The notes under the pieces are model-generated. The model was not told the DNA's origin. It ran no database searches and saw nothing but the letters and a program-made list of their open reading frames with translations. Of a DNA stretch of 64,000 nucleotides, positions 23,401-38,400 are shown one piece after another. A program made the position numbers and the translations under genes. Positions within the stretch are counted from its first letter, which is position 1, and each line of letters opens with the position of its first letter. Origin of the DNA: Mizuhopecten yessoensis (lineage: Eukaryota); contig NW_018407747.1 of assembly GCF_002113885.1 (NCBI RefSeq), positions 457,654 to 521,653 on the forward strand, written 5' to 3'.

Positions 23401-26400
23401 AGGAAATGCACAAATGGCTATATATCTATTTTACAAAATACTTGGTAAAGTTTGGTAACTTTTTTTTTCAGGAAGACAGAACCAGTTTTTAGCTTTCTAA
23501 AAATATCAGTGCAGAATACAAAACTGCGCATTTATGTAAAGAACAATTTTCAAGCAATTTCCTAGTAAAAAGATTTAGCGAAAAACATATAAAACAGACA
23601 TTTTGTCAAGAGACTGACTTCTGATGGCATATTAAGACACAGATGGACTGAATGCTCACTGAGATATCTTTAAATGAAATCCAGAAAATGTATAATCCCA
23701 CTTAATTCCATCTTGCATGGTTTTGATATTCTTGAACGTAGTTTAAGACTATCAAAAGTGCAGAATTTAATAGAAACCCTTTTTTTCATTTTCGTTTGAA
23801 ATTAAATAGGACCTTTTAAACAAAACAGGAATAAACCCTTGAAAAGATCAGTAATTCTAAAATTGAGCTTCGCCGAAACTTTAGTAAGAAATCTCAGTGA
23901 TTGATTATATGTGTGATGTTAAGTGCACTACAATAAAAATTTGACAAAATAAAGTATAAATATAAATAAATATTATACATATTTATACATATTATGAAAG
24001 AGCAAGCCCCAAAATCCCAAATAGTACACATGGAGGAAGGAAACAAATACAAACTGCTGAGAATGGTCGTAAGTGCTCCCAGTGCACATGTACTTACCCT
24101 TTCCTACCAATTTGGAGCCCCCTGCATCTGTTTATTAAAAGTGTGGAAAAAAGCAGAGGTGTGCTGAGAGCTAAATCATACTTCTAGAATAAGCCAATCA
24201 CCATTAATTTGTAAAATAAAACACAAAATACCAAAAAAAAATGAAGTTTAAGGAAGGTTTTCATTGGTCAACAGAGGTGAAAGTAACAGACGTTTTGATT
24301 GGACCATAAGTAAAACGGATCAGGAATGTTTTGATCAGCCAGTTCTGGGATTTGCACGATTGCTTTTCATTTATTATAAAGAGATTTTCCAATAGATCTT
24401 TGTGAGTTTAGCAACAACGATTGTGAATATTTCATTAAAGCCGAGGAAATAACATTCCCATGATCCGACATCTTCAATCACAAAATGCATTTCCTTTGAT
24501 CTTGAACTCAATCCCAGAATCAACGAAACTAAATTTTGTTTAAGCAATTTTATCAAAATGAAGCTTCGTAACTGACAGGAGGGATTTTAAAATCACCAGA
24601 CTATAAAATGGATGCGATACAGATGGAAAGTAGTTTTGAGGATTTAGAAACATTCAAAACATCATAAAAATTTCTTTTCATTATTCACTATAAATGTTTA
24701 ATAAAACCATATAGAAAGAAAAAACGATGGATACAATATTGCATCACATCCATGTTATTTTTTTCGCAAAGCGGATAGGCGTGCAAGCCAGTTTTGATAG
24801 GAAGGTTGCATTTGGAAATCGGGGTTAAGGATTGGTAATAACACCCTAAGTAATTGTCTAGAATCTTAAAATTTAAAATCATGTTTTTGTTTTCTTCCAC
24901 AAACAATGCATGAATGCATGGAATTTATATCTTAAAAATTATACATATTTTATTTTAAAGTTCTTTGTAAATTTATTAAAATAACTGCTGTAATTTTTTT
25001 ACGAAACAGGGATGAGGAAATGACATCTATGGTTGTCTTTCTTTAGAAGTTCAGTAAATAAGGTTTAGGATGGCAGAAGATTCAATGTTAGAGACATAAG
25101 TAATATGAAACAGAAACATCTCTGTAATTTTTCAATTAATAATAACATGGCTATAAATAAAACCGTAAACACACTTCACAACAAACAACAAACTCTAGCA
25201 AGCTGTCTGTCCAATATCAAATCTAATATACAAATACTCCTAATATTAGTACTTCACCTTCTATCGTCACATTAGCTTCTTTCTAACTAAGCAATACTTA
25301 AAAAGGTGTATCGACAAACCAGTAATCTATAGAAATAGATTATATATCAGAATGATTATACCAACCTTTACTTATCTTACCATCATCATCTATGAATATA
25401 TCAGAGGCATCGTAAACAACTAATCTATAAATGAACTATATTATTGCAGCAACCATTATTTATCTAAACATAGATCAGAGGTGTTGCATTAACAATAGCT
25501 CATCTATAAATAGATCAGAATTTCGGCATCACTAATTGATCTATAAATAGATCTACATCCTAATGTGGAACAGTCTAAACCTCTAAGAAGCCACAAGGTG
25601 TAAGGTTAGCAATGACATTTATTAACGGTTTAAAATCGTAAACTAGCATTATATCATCTTTACAAAACCACACGAGTCTGAGATGCCGAGACTAGATACC
25701 AACAAATCTGCACTAGCATTCTATAAATAACAACTCGTCATAATGCATTCACTTCTACGCTACACGGGACTCGACACTTACTCTTGGTGAACACTTCGAA
25801 ATGTGTCCTCTTTCCGGCGACCACCCCGGTCTTCTGGATTCCAGGTCCGGTGGCTGTTACCTTGGAGGCGTCGCCTGCAGCACCCTCTACCTTCACACAG
25901 AATGGACTCTTTGGGATCTCCTTCGCGCCGAATTTGATGATCACCTTCAACAAGAACATCTTCGTGTTAAACATTGAAGAGAAAGCAAAAAATAGTTGTA
26001 TTTATAAGACTGTTTGATAAAGGTCAAGTTAACAGAATTCCCTACACAGATTACGAAGGAGTACTCTAAGACAAATGCAATACATCAACTATGAAACAAC
26101 CAGTTTCTACTTTCATCGAAGGATTACACTGAAAGATTTTATTGGATTTATATTATAATTTTTTAATGGAATTCAAACTTCCCCTGCAAAACAGGAAAAG
26201 TTCAAATGCTTCAAAATCCATTTTCAACCCAAATAATTCCCGTAAAGAATGCATACTTCCTCGGAATCCCCCATAGTGGAGCACAACCTATTGGTATTGA
26301 TGATATATCACAAGCTCTGCCTCGCACAAACCTATAAAACTCCACAACACGTGTAAACCCCAACAGATTTCAGGTCCTTTTTATATGTTCCTATCAACTC

Positions 26401-29400
26401 CTACTTAAAGTTTGTCTTGCAGTTAAACGAACATATACAATGTCACCTCTCGTCCCCCATTCCTAGGTTATCTGGTTTTAAAATAAACAAACCTACCCAT
26501 CAAGTACCCATAAAACTTGTATAGTGTATAAAACACTGTTAAGGGTTATTTCACCAACGGTCATTTATGACCTGGACAAGACTGTCTCGTGGTCTCGTCT
26601 TTGTTGACCTGACCACAACCTGACATAAAATACTTCAACTCCAAGGAATGTGATACATGTATACCTACAACACTTTACAATGATACTGTACTTATTCTAA
26701 AAATACACTACACTCATTCTAATCAATCATTTTATTTATATCCATCTCCGGTATATGTGATGAAGACAACTCTGTTACAACAGTCAAGTTTTTCCCACTA
26801 ATGTAAGATTATGGTAGATGTTATGATAAAGAAAATAATGATATTAAATTTCAGTACGTAAGAATCCCTGTCCCACTACACTCTGGTATGTCGTATCTAC
26901 AGTAACCTCCCTTTAATTTTGTTTTGGATATAACTGTAGCACAATGAGGCCAGGAAACTTCGGCTGAGTGTACATATGGTAGCTCAGTCGGTTAGAACGA
27001 CAGTTATAACAATATGTGGTCCAGGGTTCAAATCCCAGTCTAGTCCATCTGTACTTTTACATTCAGAACACTGATTCTATTTTACTTATCAATTTTACCT
27101 TTATTATTTTTCATGAAAGTCCTGGACTGCTAGGTATCAGAAATGATTTATCAAAGCTAAAGTCACGCAGGAAAAAACATTTTCCAATGTGTAGTTACAA
27201 TTATTGGCAGTGGTACGGGGATCTTTAAAACTTCTGCGAGTGTTGAAAAGTAAAGGGAGACAACTTACCCTGTACTCTCCCTCTGTCTTGGGCGTATATA
27301 AACATGAGTAGGTCAGGTTTCTGTCGCTGTTGAATGTACACTCACACTGTTTGGACAAGGCAAAAAATACTTCACAGAAATTTGTTATTCAAAATACATC
27401 AGTTTACAACACAAAGTTCCTTAGCTTTTATGAGATTTTTAATGTGTAAAATAATCTAAACTAAAATAAAAAATTCTCAAAATCTACTTTTGATAGCTCC
27501 TTTTTAAACATGCATCTCATATTTTCAAATTTATATCCAATAATTTTCATTTGGTATCCAATGACGTATTATCTGATATCCGTTATTATACCATGTGACT
27601 TACCGGCTCCTTCTGACCATTGGGGTTGAGAAGAATGACCTCCAATGATCCTTTGCCAGCACTGAAGGTTTCTACGGTGAAACGTGCTGGGGCACCAACC
27701 TGGTTACCAGTGGGCTCCAGTCCGGGGCCATAGGCGCGAACCCTGTTTGGGTTGAGGCGGGGCCTCAGAGGTGCACCAGGCTTGAGCTGGGCCTTGGGGA
27801 AGTTGGACAGATATGTCATCATAGACAGTTCGTCCACATTGGGGTTGGTCATATGTTTCGGGTCAAGGAGCTGTAAACATCAAAATATATAAAATAATAA
27901 ACAATTTTCTTACAAATCACAAGCTATTTCAAAACATCTCAAAACCTGACATACAAATTAATGAACACTTACATCATCCTTGCCATCCTCAAAAGTAGCC
28001 ATTTCCAAATCTCTATTTTTCTTGAAGAGATATAAAATTCCAACCAAACTAGAATCATCTGTATATTAGAATTATTAAATGACCAGCAAGAACAGCGAAA
28101 AACTTTGAAACTTTTTGACAGCTGCAAGGAGCCAGAGACACAGATATGGGTGAAGTCCTACAAGTGACATATACCGACACAACCCTGTAGGCCGATCTTT
28201 ACATCAGTACAACAAAAATCCGTACAAGCACTAGTCCGTATTATGGGTGGCTAATTGCACGAACCACTTTTGCTATATGCCTGGTGAACTTATCCAAAAA
28301 AGTCATGTACTGTTTTTTAAGGAATTTTCTTTTAGATCGAACAAACATTGGTGATCAAATCAATCATCAAGTCTATATATATAATTCAAGTTCAAAATGT
28401 CCAAAATATCTACCAACGGAACTATTTTAAATTAATTCACAAGACAGCATATAAAGTATTTGGAAGCTAACCATACACGTGTAATTCTGGTTCATTGCCC
28501 ATTCAATGGACAACTTGTAGTTTATTTAGATAGAGATCAAGTTCGGCACACTTGATAATATTAACCGCTTGCTATCCTTTCTTTTTTCATAAATTGCTGA
28601 ACACAAAAAAAGTGTAATCTGGTGGGTGATCTTTAGGAGAAACATTGAATCAGGGAGTTTAGCGACATCAATACTTGGAGTAAACTGGTTCAGTAGGTAA
28701 ATACATTTGTGTATATCCTTCTTTGGAACCAGATAAGGACTCTCCCTTATAATCTTGTTTTAAAATAATCACCGCAATTTCTTTAAAAAAGGAAAATATT
28801 TACATTTGAACTTGATCATCTGAGGTTGTAGAAGCCAGTCTCATTAGCAGGGTTGCATTTTATTTTTATTTTTTTAAACTCACATATACTTGATTATTAA
28901 ATATAACAGGAAAAAAAATTCCGTTTTTTTTTAGAATCACAAGTATGTGGTTAGGGAAAATAAAAATTTGTGAAAAATTGTACTTAATATTTCATTTTGA
29001 TAATTAGATTTGAAATAAATTGTGGCAACAAAATAAAATGTTATCCAAATGTACCAGTAACCTGTTAATTGAAGATCAAACCTCTTCTAATTAGTTTAAA
29101 AGCTAAAATTTGAAGCCAGTGTGCATCTCATAATTTAGAATTTTAGGACTTAACAATATTAATATGAACTCTTTGGTTTCAATAGGAATTATAGTTGTGT
29201 GTATCCAACACAAAGTCTGCGGTTAGTTACAATACATTACATAGTAACTTATCACTATTCTGATTTTTTTATGCAAGTAGCTGGTGGAATATCTGTTATA
29301 TGAGGGTATTTTTACCAGCTACTGGCTACAAATCAAACTCCAATGAACTGCCTTTCCAAACAGGTAAATACATGTATCAAAATATACGCTTAAAAGTGCA

Positions 29401-32400
29401 TGTTAGATTATCTCCTGAAGATCGGGAGATATCTATTTTACAGACGACAGACACGCATGTAACACTATCCAGCATTTGCCGACGTTGGCCACTGATTAGA
29501 AATAATATCGTAACTTTGGTAATGCGACTGTAGACCAACAACTACAAGTGACGCGTGACATACATATCTCAGTGAGGGTTGGGAAGGTAGGACTGAGGAC
29601 TGACGACTACATGGTACATTGTCATTAATAATTTATATAAGCAGCCTTTACCCAACAAGGCCTAGGTAAGAGTTCTTCGAGTTCTGCTTGGCAAGAATTT
29701 GGATCAAACTCCATATTTGTTGTTCATGAAGATTTGATAAATCTATCTTGAGATTATTTCTCCATAAACTTTCAATAATTCAAAAGCCAGGTTTTAATTA
29801 ACAGATATCTTAATCATTATGACTATATTACATTTCCTCCTTTTAACTGCAAGTACTCCTACAGATGGATTGTAACAGAGTGGACAGATAAACAAACTTG
29901 TAATGAAATCATGTGACCATTAGACTATCTCTCCACTGTTACCTACACAACCGTTATCACTACACTTAATGGTACCCACCTGTGGTACTCCCAACCATTT
30001 GTCGGCAGCATCCATGGCTTCCTTGGCGTTCTCCTTCTTCTTCTTGGGATCCCAGTTGTCCCAGTCAGGGCACAGACCTATCAACACAAACCGTTTTTGT
30101 TACACCTAGATGGTCACACAAGCTCAGCATTATAGCAATAGACTTTCCTCTACCTTGAAACTTTAACATTGAAATTATGTCACATATTTTTTATTCAAGT
30201 ATTGATTTTGTGGAAGTATTTCACTAAGAAATGTGCATACTAGCAAACTTTCCCTATTTTGACAGGAGGCTCCCGATTTTGGACCCAAAAATTGAACATT
30301 TTCAGCCAGTAAACTTGCTAAAATAATTCCTAAGATCTAATGATTTCAATTAAAAGAACAACTTTTTATTATTATTATTGTTTTGAGCATGTTGAATCTC
30401 CCCAATGGAAATTTCACAAAAAAAAATGGCAAGTCTTGACTCTCTGAGGAGGCAAATTCATAATCCAGGGGAGATAACACTGACAGGCTCTATTTTTGGA
30501 TTTTTTGTCTGGCAGAAGGGAAATAACTCTGCCTGATTTATCTTATCTTTAACTACAAGGGTATAAAACAGTATCTCCTGCAATATCACATTTGTTAAAC
30601 AACTTACATTTTATTTTACGATATTGTTTTTCTATTTTTAAGTGTTTCCTTTCTGTAGCCATCCAGCTTATCAACCAATAAAATGGTGCACATTGTAAAT
30701 TTCTCATAAACCAGAATTTATGCACAAAAAAGAAACAACCAAAATGGCCTCAAGTCAAATTGATTGATAGACTCAAGTTTTGTGGCGTGTTACAAGTTAA
30801 AAGCTGCACTGTTACGTATGACTGTTTCTACTCAGGTGAAGTAATGGCTGGATCCTGCTGGTATGAAATAACAATTAACAGAGCTCGGAGCTCGGGGCTC
30901 GGGGCTCTCACCAAAAAGATGGAAGAGATAGACCACCAGCAGATGGCTTTGGGTTATACATGTACCGTTATAAATTCTTTCCCTGTACAGTTTAGTACTG
31001 TATGTTATCTACCTACTTCCTCATCCTCAGAAAAACATGTTTCCATCCTAGCTTAAAAGGTTTCTTCAAACTTTTTCAATGAGGAAACAACCCTTTTTCC
31101 GAAGTGGGAGACTTAACTTGGTATTGTATTTCCCTTATACATTTCTGGAATATCAACAATCTACGATAACATCCTTTTGTTTAATGTTGTCATTAAAAAT
31201 AGAACCAGGACAGAGTTTGGAGTTTTTCTAGTTAAGCCCATCCTCTTAAAATCATGCTGGCATCTACAATTTTACAGCTGGGTAGACTGGGCCTAGAATT
31301 TCTTATTTTGATGCTTGATACAACAAACAAGTTTAAACATCCAAGATTTCATTCAATTGCATATTTTTACCAAAATCATGATACACCAAATTTCGACAAA
31401 ACATTTATGCTACGCACCGGGTCCAACAGCATCAACCAAAGCTCCAATGGCCTTTCCATCATTCCAGTCGGTGGTGAAGTTACGAATCGGCAGGTCAGGT
31501 ACCTTGCCCTGTACCCAGTTGAGGAGCCTCTGTTTGGGTGTGGGTCCGCCCTCTGATGGTCCTGGCTCTTCGCCCTCCCACATGGGCATAGAAATGGAGT
31601 AGTGGAGAATGAGGGTCCATATTAAACCCAGGATCAACTTCAGCTTACTGTCCACAATGTCCGTACTGTCTGCAAAATACAAACAAACAAAACTGTCAGA
31701 ATACGAAATCTGAAAATCACACTTATTTTTAATAATAATGGTTGGCTACATAAACTGATTTTAATGAAACATTACCATTATTGGATACTGATGTTAAATA
31801 AGGTTCCTCCATCTTTACATTGTTTAATTAGGATCAGAGGTATCATGCGCAGGTATTTAATAAATCATTACTGTATACCGAGAAATTTCTGCCACAGTTT
31901 TACTTTCCCCTTTTCTCCCTTCATAATGAAGGTGAATTTATATTTAGAGCGTTTATTAGAAAACAACCAGTACATGGTAATCAAATGTAAAGGGCAAAAT
32001 GAACACTGTGCAAATATGGATTTTACAAGAAAGTTAGACCTGGCAAACAGTTCTCAGGATTCATTTTATTTGAATGATATTTAATATAGTGTATCGGGGA
32101 CAGGTTCTGAATACAGAATGATCCGAAGTGAAAACTTTCATTCAAAACTACATACATCCAAGATTACAGGAGTCGGTGAATGTGAAAGGTATTGCATGGG
32201 AAAGACATATATATATATGAATATTTTGGAAATGAATTTGATGTTTAAATGAATATTCAGTGAAAATCCATACAAATGTATCGATGGTATATATACGATC
32301 AATGATTCAACAGTTTTATCAGGCAAATCTAACTGGCACTCATAACAGCAACTCTTTCCATATATGGACATGAACAGATAACTCAGCCCCACCCACTTAA

Positions 32401-35400
32401 CATCTCCCAACCCTCCGTACAACTGTTCAAAGCCCAGATAGAGAGCGTGTAGGTCCCTACATATCGGGAGTCAAATGGTTCGTAATACCTTACAAGTGGA
32501 AAAGATTTTCTAAAAGTAAATAAAACGTAAGCCTTCAACTGGTAGTTCATGACGTAACATCAAAAACAGTACAGACAGGTATGCGATGACGAATAGGTAC
32601 ATAATTTCTTAACGAGAAAATAAGGATTTGCACAGGTGTGGAGTTATCACTCAGCAGGATCAGAGTAGCGTGCTGTATACCTACAGCTCACAGCTCGACA
32701 GACCTGTACATTTATACACAGCTTAAGTGTATGGTAGTCTGGTATATTTTGTTTTAAAGCACAGTCAGCTAAATTCGTGTCGATGTCTGACATATCTGTA
32801 CCTGAATTGATCACTTGATACATACACATGAAATTGACTTTCATGTCCTGACATTTACTCATTCACTGCTGAAGACACATTTGAGCTCTTCCAATTCAAA
32901 GGTTGGAATAGTTCATTATAAAATTGCAGGGACGATTGAGATAATGAGTAAACCACATAACATACCAACTTTGGGGTGGTCCCCCGAGTCAGGTTCTACT
33001 ATATACTAACAGATGGGATGGTCTGTTATGAAAGGTTCTACTGTTTAGACAGAAATATACCAGTTGTACTCTTTAGAGAGAAGGGGTGGTTTAGTCAATT
33101 ACTATACAGTACTGACAGAAATGGTTCAATGCATGAATTCTGCATAGTTTGACGGTATTCAAATGCCTGTATTCAAGTGGATATAGGTGTGACGCCCAGC
33201 ATTAGGGGTTTCTTGCTTCAGATCTCTAAATAAGTTACAAATATAACTGTATCAGATGCATAGCTGCTTATAGGATGGTTTACAGGTGAATCCACCAAAT
33301 GTTCGAACAAACAGTAAAACAGAAACACTGCATGATGTAACTGCTTGTTCACCTACCAGGGCCCTGCCCTAGACCTGCTCCTAAATGAATCCACTCCGAA
33401 CAAGGGCCAGCTACACCCCTGTGTACAGATATTGCCTATTTTGGAACAGCCCCCTTGGTAAAATATTGCTTGCCCATGTCCAATGCAGAGTTTTAAGTTT
33501 GTGTGAAATGTTAAATATAGTTTAAAGAAGGAATAGGATTTACAAACTCCTATGGGGAATCACAAACCAACAACTTCTTTTTCTATTAGATATATTCTTT
33601 TTACGTGTCAATATCACATAAAAAGAATATATCTATATATATACCTCAGCCAAAGAGGTTAATGTGAACACATGTGACTGGACATGGTCAAGCTGGACAC
33701 AAAGTATACAATAATGAACATTATGAGGGTCAAACATGTTGTTTGACACAATACTAGTGTCATGACAATTTACTTTAGGGGTGAAATTAAATTTCTGTCT
33801 GTCTGGAGCTGCTACACTTGGCTATCAAGTATCTCAATGGATCAGATATCATATGGAATGTTGGGAATCTGGTAGCTCCACTATATAAACTACTAGATCA
33901 TCTATTTACATACTACCAACAGACAGTGAGCTAGCAGACGACACCACCACGACCTTCGACCTTTGTCTGATATACTCTCAAGGTCACCGTCTCCCACACC
34001 TGTTGTGTTCGTTATGTAATTATCAGCAATGTGAATTGTACAGGTCAGTCGTCCAATACCGAGACAAATTGCTGTACTGTTCACTCCTAACTTAGATGAT
34101 TCATCCCAGAAAACAGAAGGTCGTTTTATTACCGAGTTCCAGCATTTGTTGTATATATATGTACTTTTGACACTATACAATTACACTCAAATTACGGACA
34201 TACAATACGTTGCGGTATTTCTGTAGTTGGTACACTTGAACAAACATAAACAAGTCACTCCTTGACAATGTTAAAATCTTTTATAAAACTTAATGCATCT
34301 AAAGTATAAAATTCATTTAGATTATGTTTTATAGCCAAAGATTTCCACCTGTTCCAAAATATTTTTTTTAGTCCTAACAGTTTGGTCTCCAAAAGAATGT
34401 CAATGATAGCAAAATATTTTGAATAAATAACAATAATAAATATGATATCAATTAGCTCCTTCACTAGAGAAGAGTACTTAATAGACTTGGTTTTTGCCAC
34501 AGTCATATCTTAATTCTTTATAGAAACGTTCATACATATTAATACAATGTGTAAACACATTGTTTACACTCATTGTAATGGTATGAATCACTGCTACCAA
34601 GCCTATTGCTTACCTCTGTGGTAGACACCACCTACACTATCCCTGTAAAAACATCAGATTGAACTAACTCAAACAGGTGTCCGAGTCCCGAAATTAAAAT
34701 GCGGGGGTGAAACAGATTAAAGTGATTGAGTAAAAAATCTTTACGGTAAATTCTCGGGTCTTCTTTCCTATGATGTCATATCACTAACTTAAGATAAATA
34801 ATTTACCTGTTTACAGGGTATGACAATTGGACCAAATTTGTCAAATTTTTTATTCATCAAAATGTCAGTACACAAAACTCCATAGGAAAATGAACTCCCC
34901 CAAGTAAACATCCGGCCGACTTTTGTGTATCGTACCAGAGTGTATAATCTGATGACTAACGGGGTATATCATTCTTAATAGATAAATCCCACTTATTTTA
35001 CCAAGAAACTAACAGATTATTTGCCTCATTCAACCCGAGATTTGGCACAAAATACAGTATTTTACAGCAATTACACAATTACATTGTTTTTGTGTACTGA
35101 TATATATATATATATATACGGCCTAGCTAACATGAATCCCTATTACGAACAATTGTCTGTCCGTCTGTTACTGATATTTCATTTAAGGATCAAGCATATC
35201 GACTCTTTCGTGTCCGCCAAGAACATTATACTACCAACTTGCTTCGCTCGAACAAACTTATCGCCAATTATCATCACCTTTATCTTAAATTGTTCACCGT
35301 TTGATCACAAAGTGCACGGAAAGTATATGCATAATCATACTCCAAACATGTTTACTTCAAAAACTGTTTTTTCTGTTTTATTTCAAGTGAAATTTTGTTT

Positions 35401-38400
35401 ATCTTTTTAGTTCCAACGAACACTTTCACATTCTCATACTTTTTTCAAATAGACACTTCATAGCTACCGGTATTTTAAGACCAAGCTTAGTTGTATCAAA
35501 GACCACAATCCATTGACAGAGATTAAGGTTTTTAGGTTAATCATTGAAAAATAACATTTTCCTACTTCAAAAGTTATAAAGGATTTTTCAATCACTAATG
35601 TTTTAATACTGAATTATCATGAGGATATTTAAACCACAAAAACAGATACCGGTATTACTTGATATGGCCTTATAGGAAAAATAGGGAAAACAATGAAAGT
35701 CTGATTTTCAGGTTCCTGCATATGAAAAACACAATAGAAGGAAGTATTGCTGAAGAGCACCCAGTGGGACGAGGAACCGTCAAGGAGATTAACTATCTTC
35801 TAGACAAATCTGACGGTTAAAAAGGTTGCCTAATATAGAACGTCCACTGCCAATGAAAATGAGAAGGAAAGACTTTTCTTTTTTTTAATTTTGCGCTTAC
35901 TTGACGGATCCTGACTTTATAATATACAGTTATGACCGGAAACGTTCGCTTTTGTGCATTAACTTCCGTATATGAGTATAGAAAATATATGAGCAATCTA
36001 ACTCATTACAACTGTGCCTACTCACGAAGAAAACTTGTATCAAGCTGTATAATATGCTTTTAAATATACAATAAAATGAACTTTCAATTTTTACTGCATT
36101 AAAATAAAAGAATAGCCCGGAAAATCATCTGTTTGGATATATTTTCATTTTCAGCCATTTCCCATTAAATTTTGTTATTAATTTTCCGTCAAACTAATGC
36201 TTGATAGTTAAAATATTCACTTTTGTACCAGGTACCTATTTGATATATCCAGCTACAAGTCCTTTATTTCAGCTTACATGCAAAAGAATAGAAGAAAACT
36301 TCAAACATTGATAATGATTTATTCTCTAACACAAGTACATGTACACCTGTAGTTTTGATTTCATTCCAACTAAAAAAAAAATCAATCTACTTCGTTATGA
36401 AAACTAGGAAAATAAATGCCATTGCTCTCAAATGAATTAATCATTAATACATTTACACAACCACTTTTTTCTATTTTAGACGTTACATCAGACAAAAATA
36501 GATTTTTCATGTTTAACATCCAGATTTTAACCGAACCATATTGGCATGAAGATATCTATCAGTATTTACCCTCGACTAACATTCAATGCAACTATGGATC
36601 AATGCCAACGAATCACGTCCAAAATTTTGATAAAGAACCACCGCATTTCTAATCGGCACACTGTAAAATCTCAAAATTGTGAAAGCATCTATCTTCTGGC
36701 AGACACTGAAATACCTTTCATACACTCTCACAAATGTCTGCCTGAATAAGTCTGTACACTCAGTCATGTAAATTTCATTTCATAGGTCAAAGTTTTCTGA
36801 TAAAAACTTGTTCTTAACGATTTGAAATCGACTTCATTAACCAGAATGTTGCTACTTTTGAACAGCTGAAATATGACACCCACTTAGAACTTAATCTGTA
36901 ATCTTCAAACTGATATACACAAGACCCGACATGCTCACAAAAAATCATTGGATAACTTCAAGTTATCTAATTTTCTGTGACCTTGACCTTGGAACTTTAT
37001 TACGAACAAACATTCTATACGTGTTTTGCTTTAAGATTGTTTATAATGCTGCTATATTTTGGGTCTTGGGTGTGTCCATTTCAGCTTCCCAATAGACTTA
37101 ATGGCCACTTCAAGTTGTTGTACATGAAATCAACTGGTACAAAAAAGCTCGGGTAACTAACAGAGAAAATCTGTCCCTGAAACAGAAACCACAAGTCTGT
37201 CGCTAACCCTGCACATGTGTTTCTTTTACATACAACACTGACAAGACCGTAACAAATGGGAAATTGTCTGTTTACTCAGAAACAAAATGGCTTCCTCGGA
37301 TACCAATTGGTACGATATCACACCTGTGTTCCATCAAGAGGGAACCACAAGAATCTCTCATCACCATTCCCACCATACAATTCCTGTTCTATACGGCAGA
37401 CAGACAGGATAAATATCACATCAGATAGGCAATAAAGCTAGTGAGACCCTGATTAAGTGCAGACATTGTTTTGGGTAGCACTACCCCCAAATTGCCGTCA
37501 CAGACACTAAGTATCGGAGACTATTCTGATTAAACAAAACAACAATGGTTCCCGTCTGCCTATAATAACACACTTCTAACTCTCCGTGCAATTTTCTCAT
37601 CATGAGCATACATTATAAATCTCCCACACACTCTCATCACCTGACGAACCCCTCCACTCTCTCTCTCCTTCCATCACGCTTCAGTATCCAACTGCATGAT
37701 CATAAATGGCTTGCTGCAGAGTTGGCAGTTTTCTTCAGATGGATCTGCTTTGGAGAAATCGAAAACACTTTATTTAATCTACTGCATTCGTCCCAGTACC
37801 TGGAAGCCTTCTCTCTTCAGCCTTTTTTCTGCAGTTTCATGTGTTTACCATTTATACTGTATGAGTTATTTTGTTTACGGATTATTAAGAACGCATTAAA
37901 TCAAGTTTCAGGGTCATCTATCTCTTTTCTCTCGTTCTTTCCATAATGTTTGGAACCAGAATAACATATGACACATCTAATTTCAAAACCTAGTGATATC
38001 TTGTCTTGACTTAACCATGTCTTGACATGTAAAGGCAACTTAAACTCAGCATTATGCCAGGTAATATCCACATCCAATATCCACACAGTACAGCAGCAGT
38101 AACCACTTACGACCACCGCATGTGGTCCCAATTTCTGGCACCATTTGAAGTACAGGTATACGATGAGAGCTAGCAGTAACAAATATTGCCCGATACCCCG
38201 TGTCACTGCCTGTAACACAGACACTCTAGCTCTTGAGGAAAACCTGCGCTTTGTTCTGGGGCAAATACTACAGATGCCATTGTGTGTTTCTTGCCAAATT
38301 ATGTGCAACTAGGCACAAATAAGGATAGAATATATTTATTTCATTCCATATAATAATCTAATAGAAATCACTAACAAAATATACTAGTACAATGCATAAC

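Noticed and set aside
26972-27046. Functional tRNA gene
   Set aside because: A and B boxes are present, but the cloverleaf stems do not pair.
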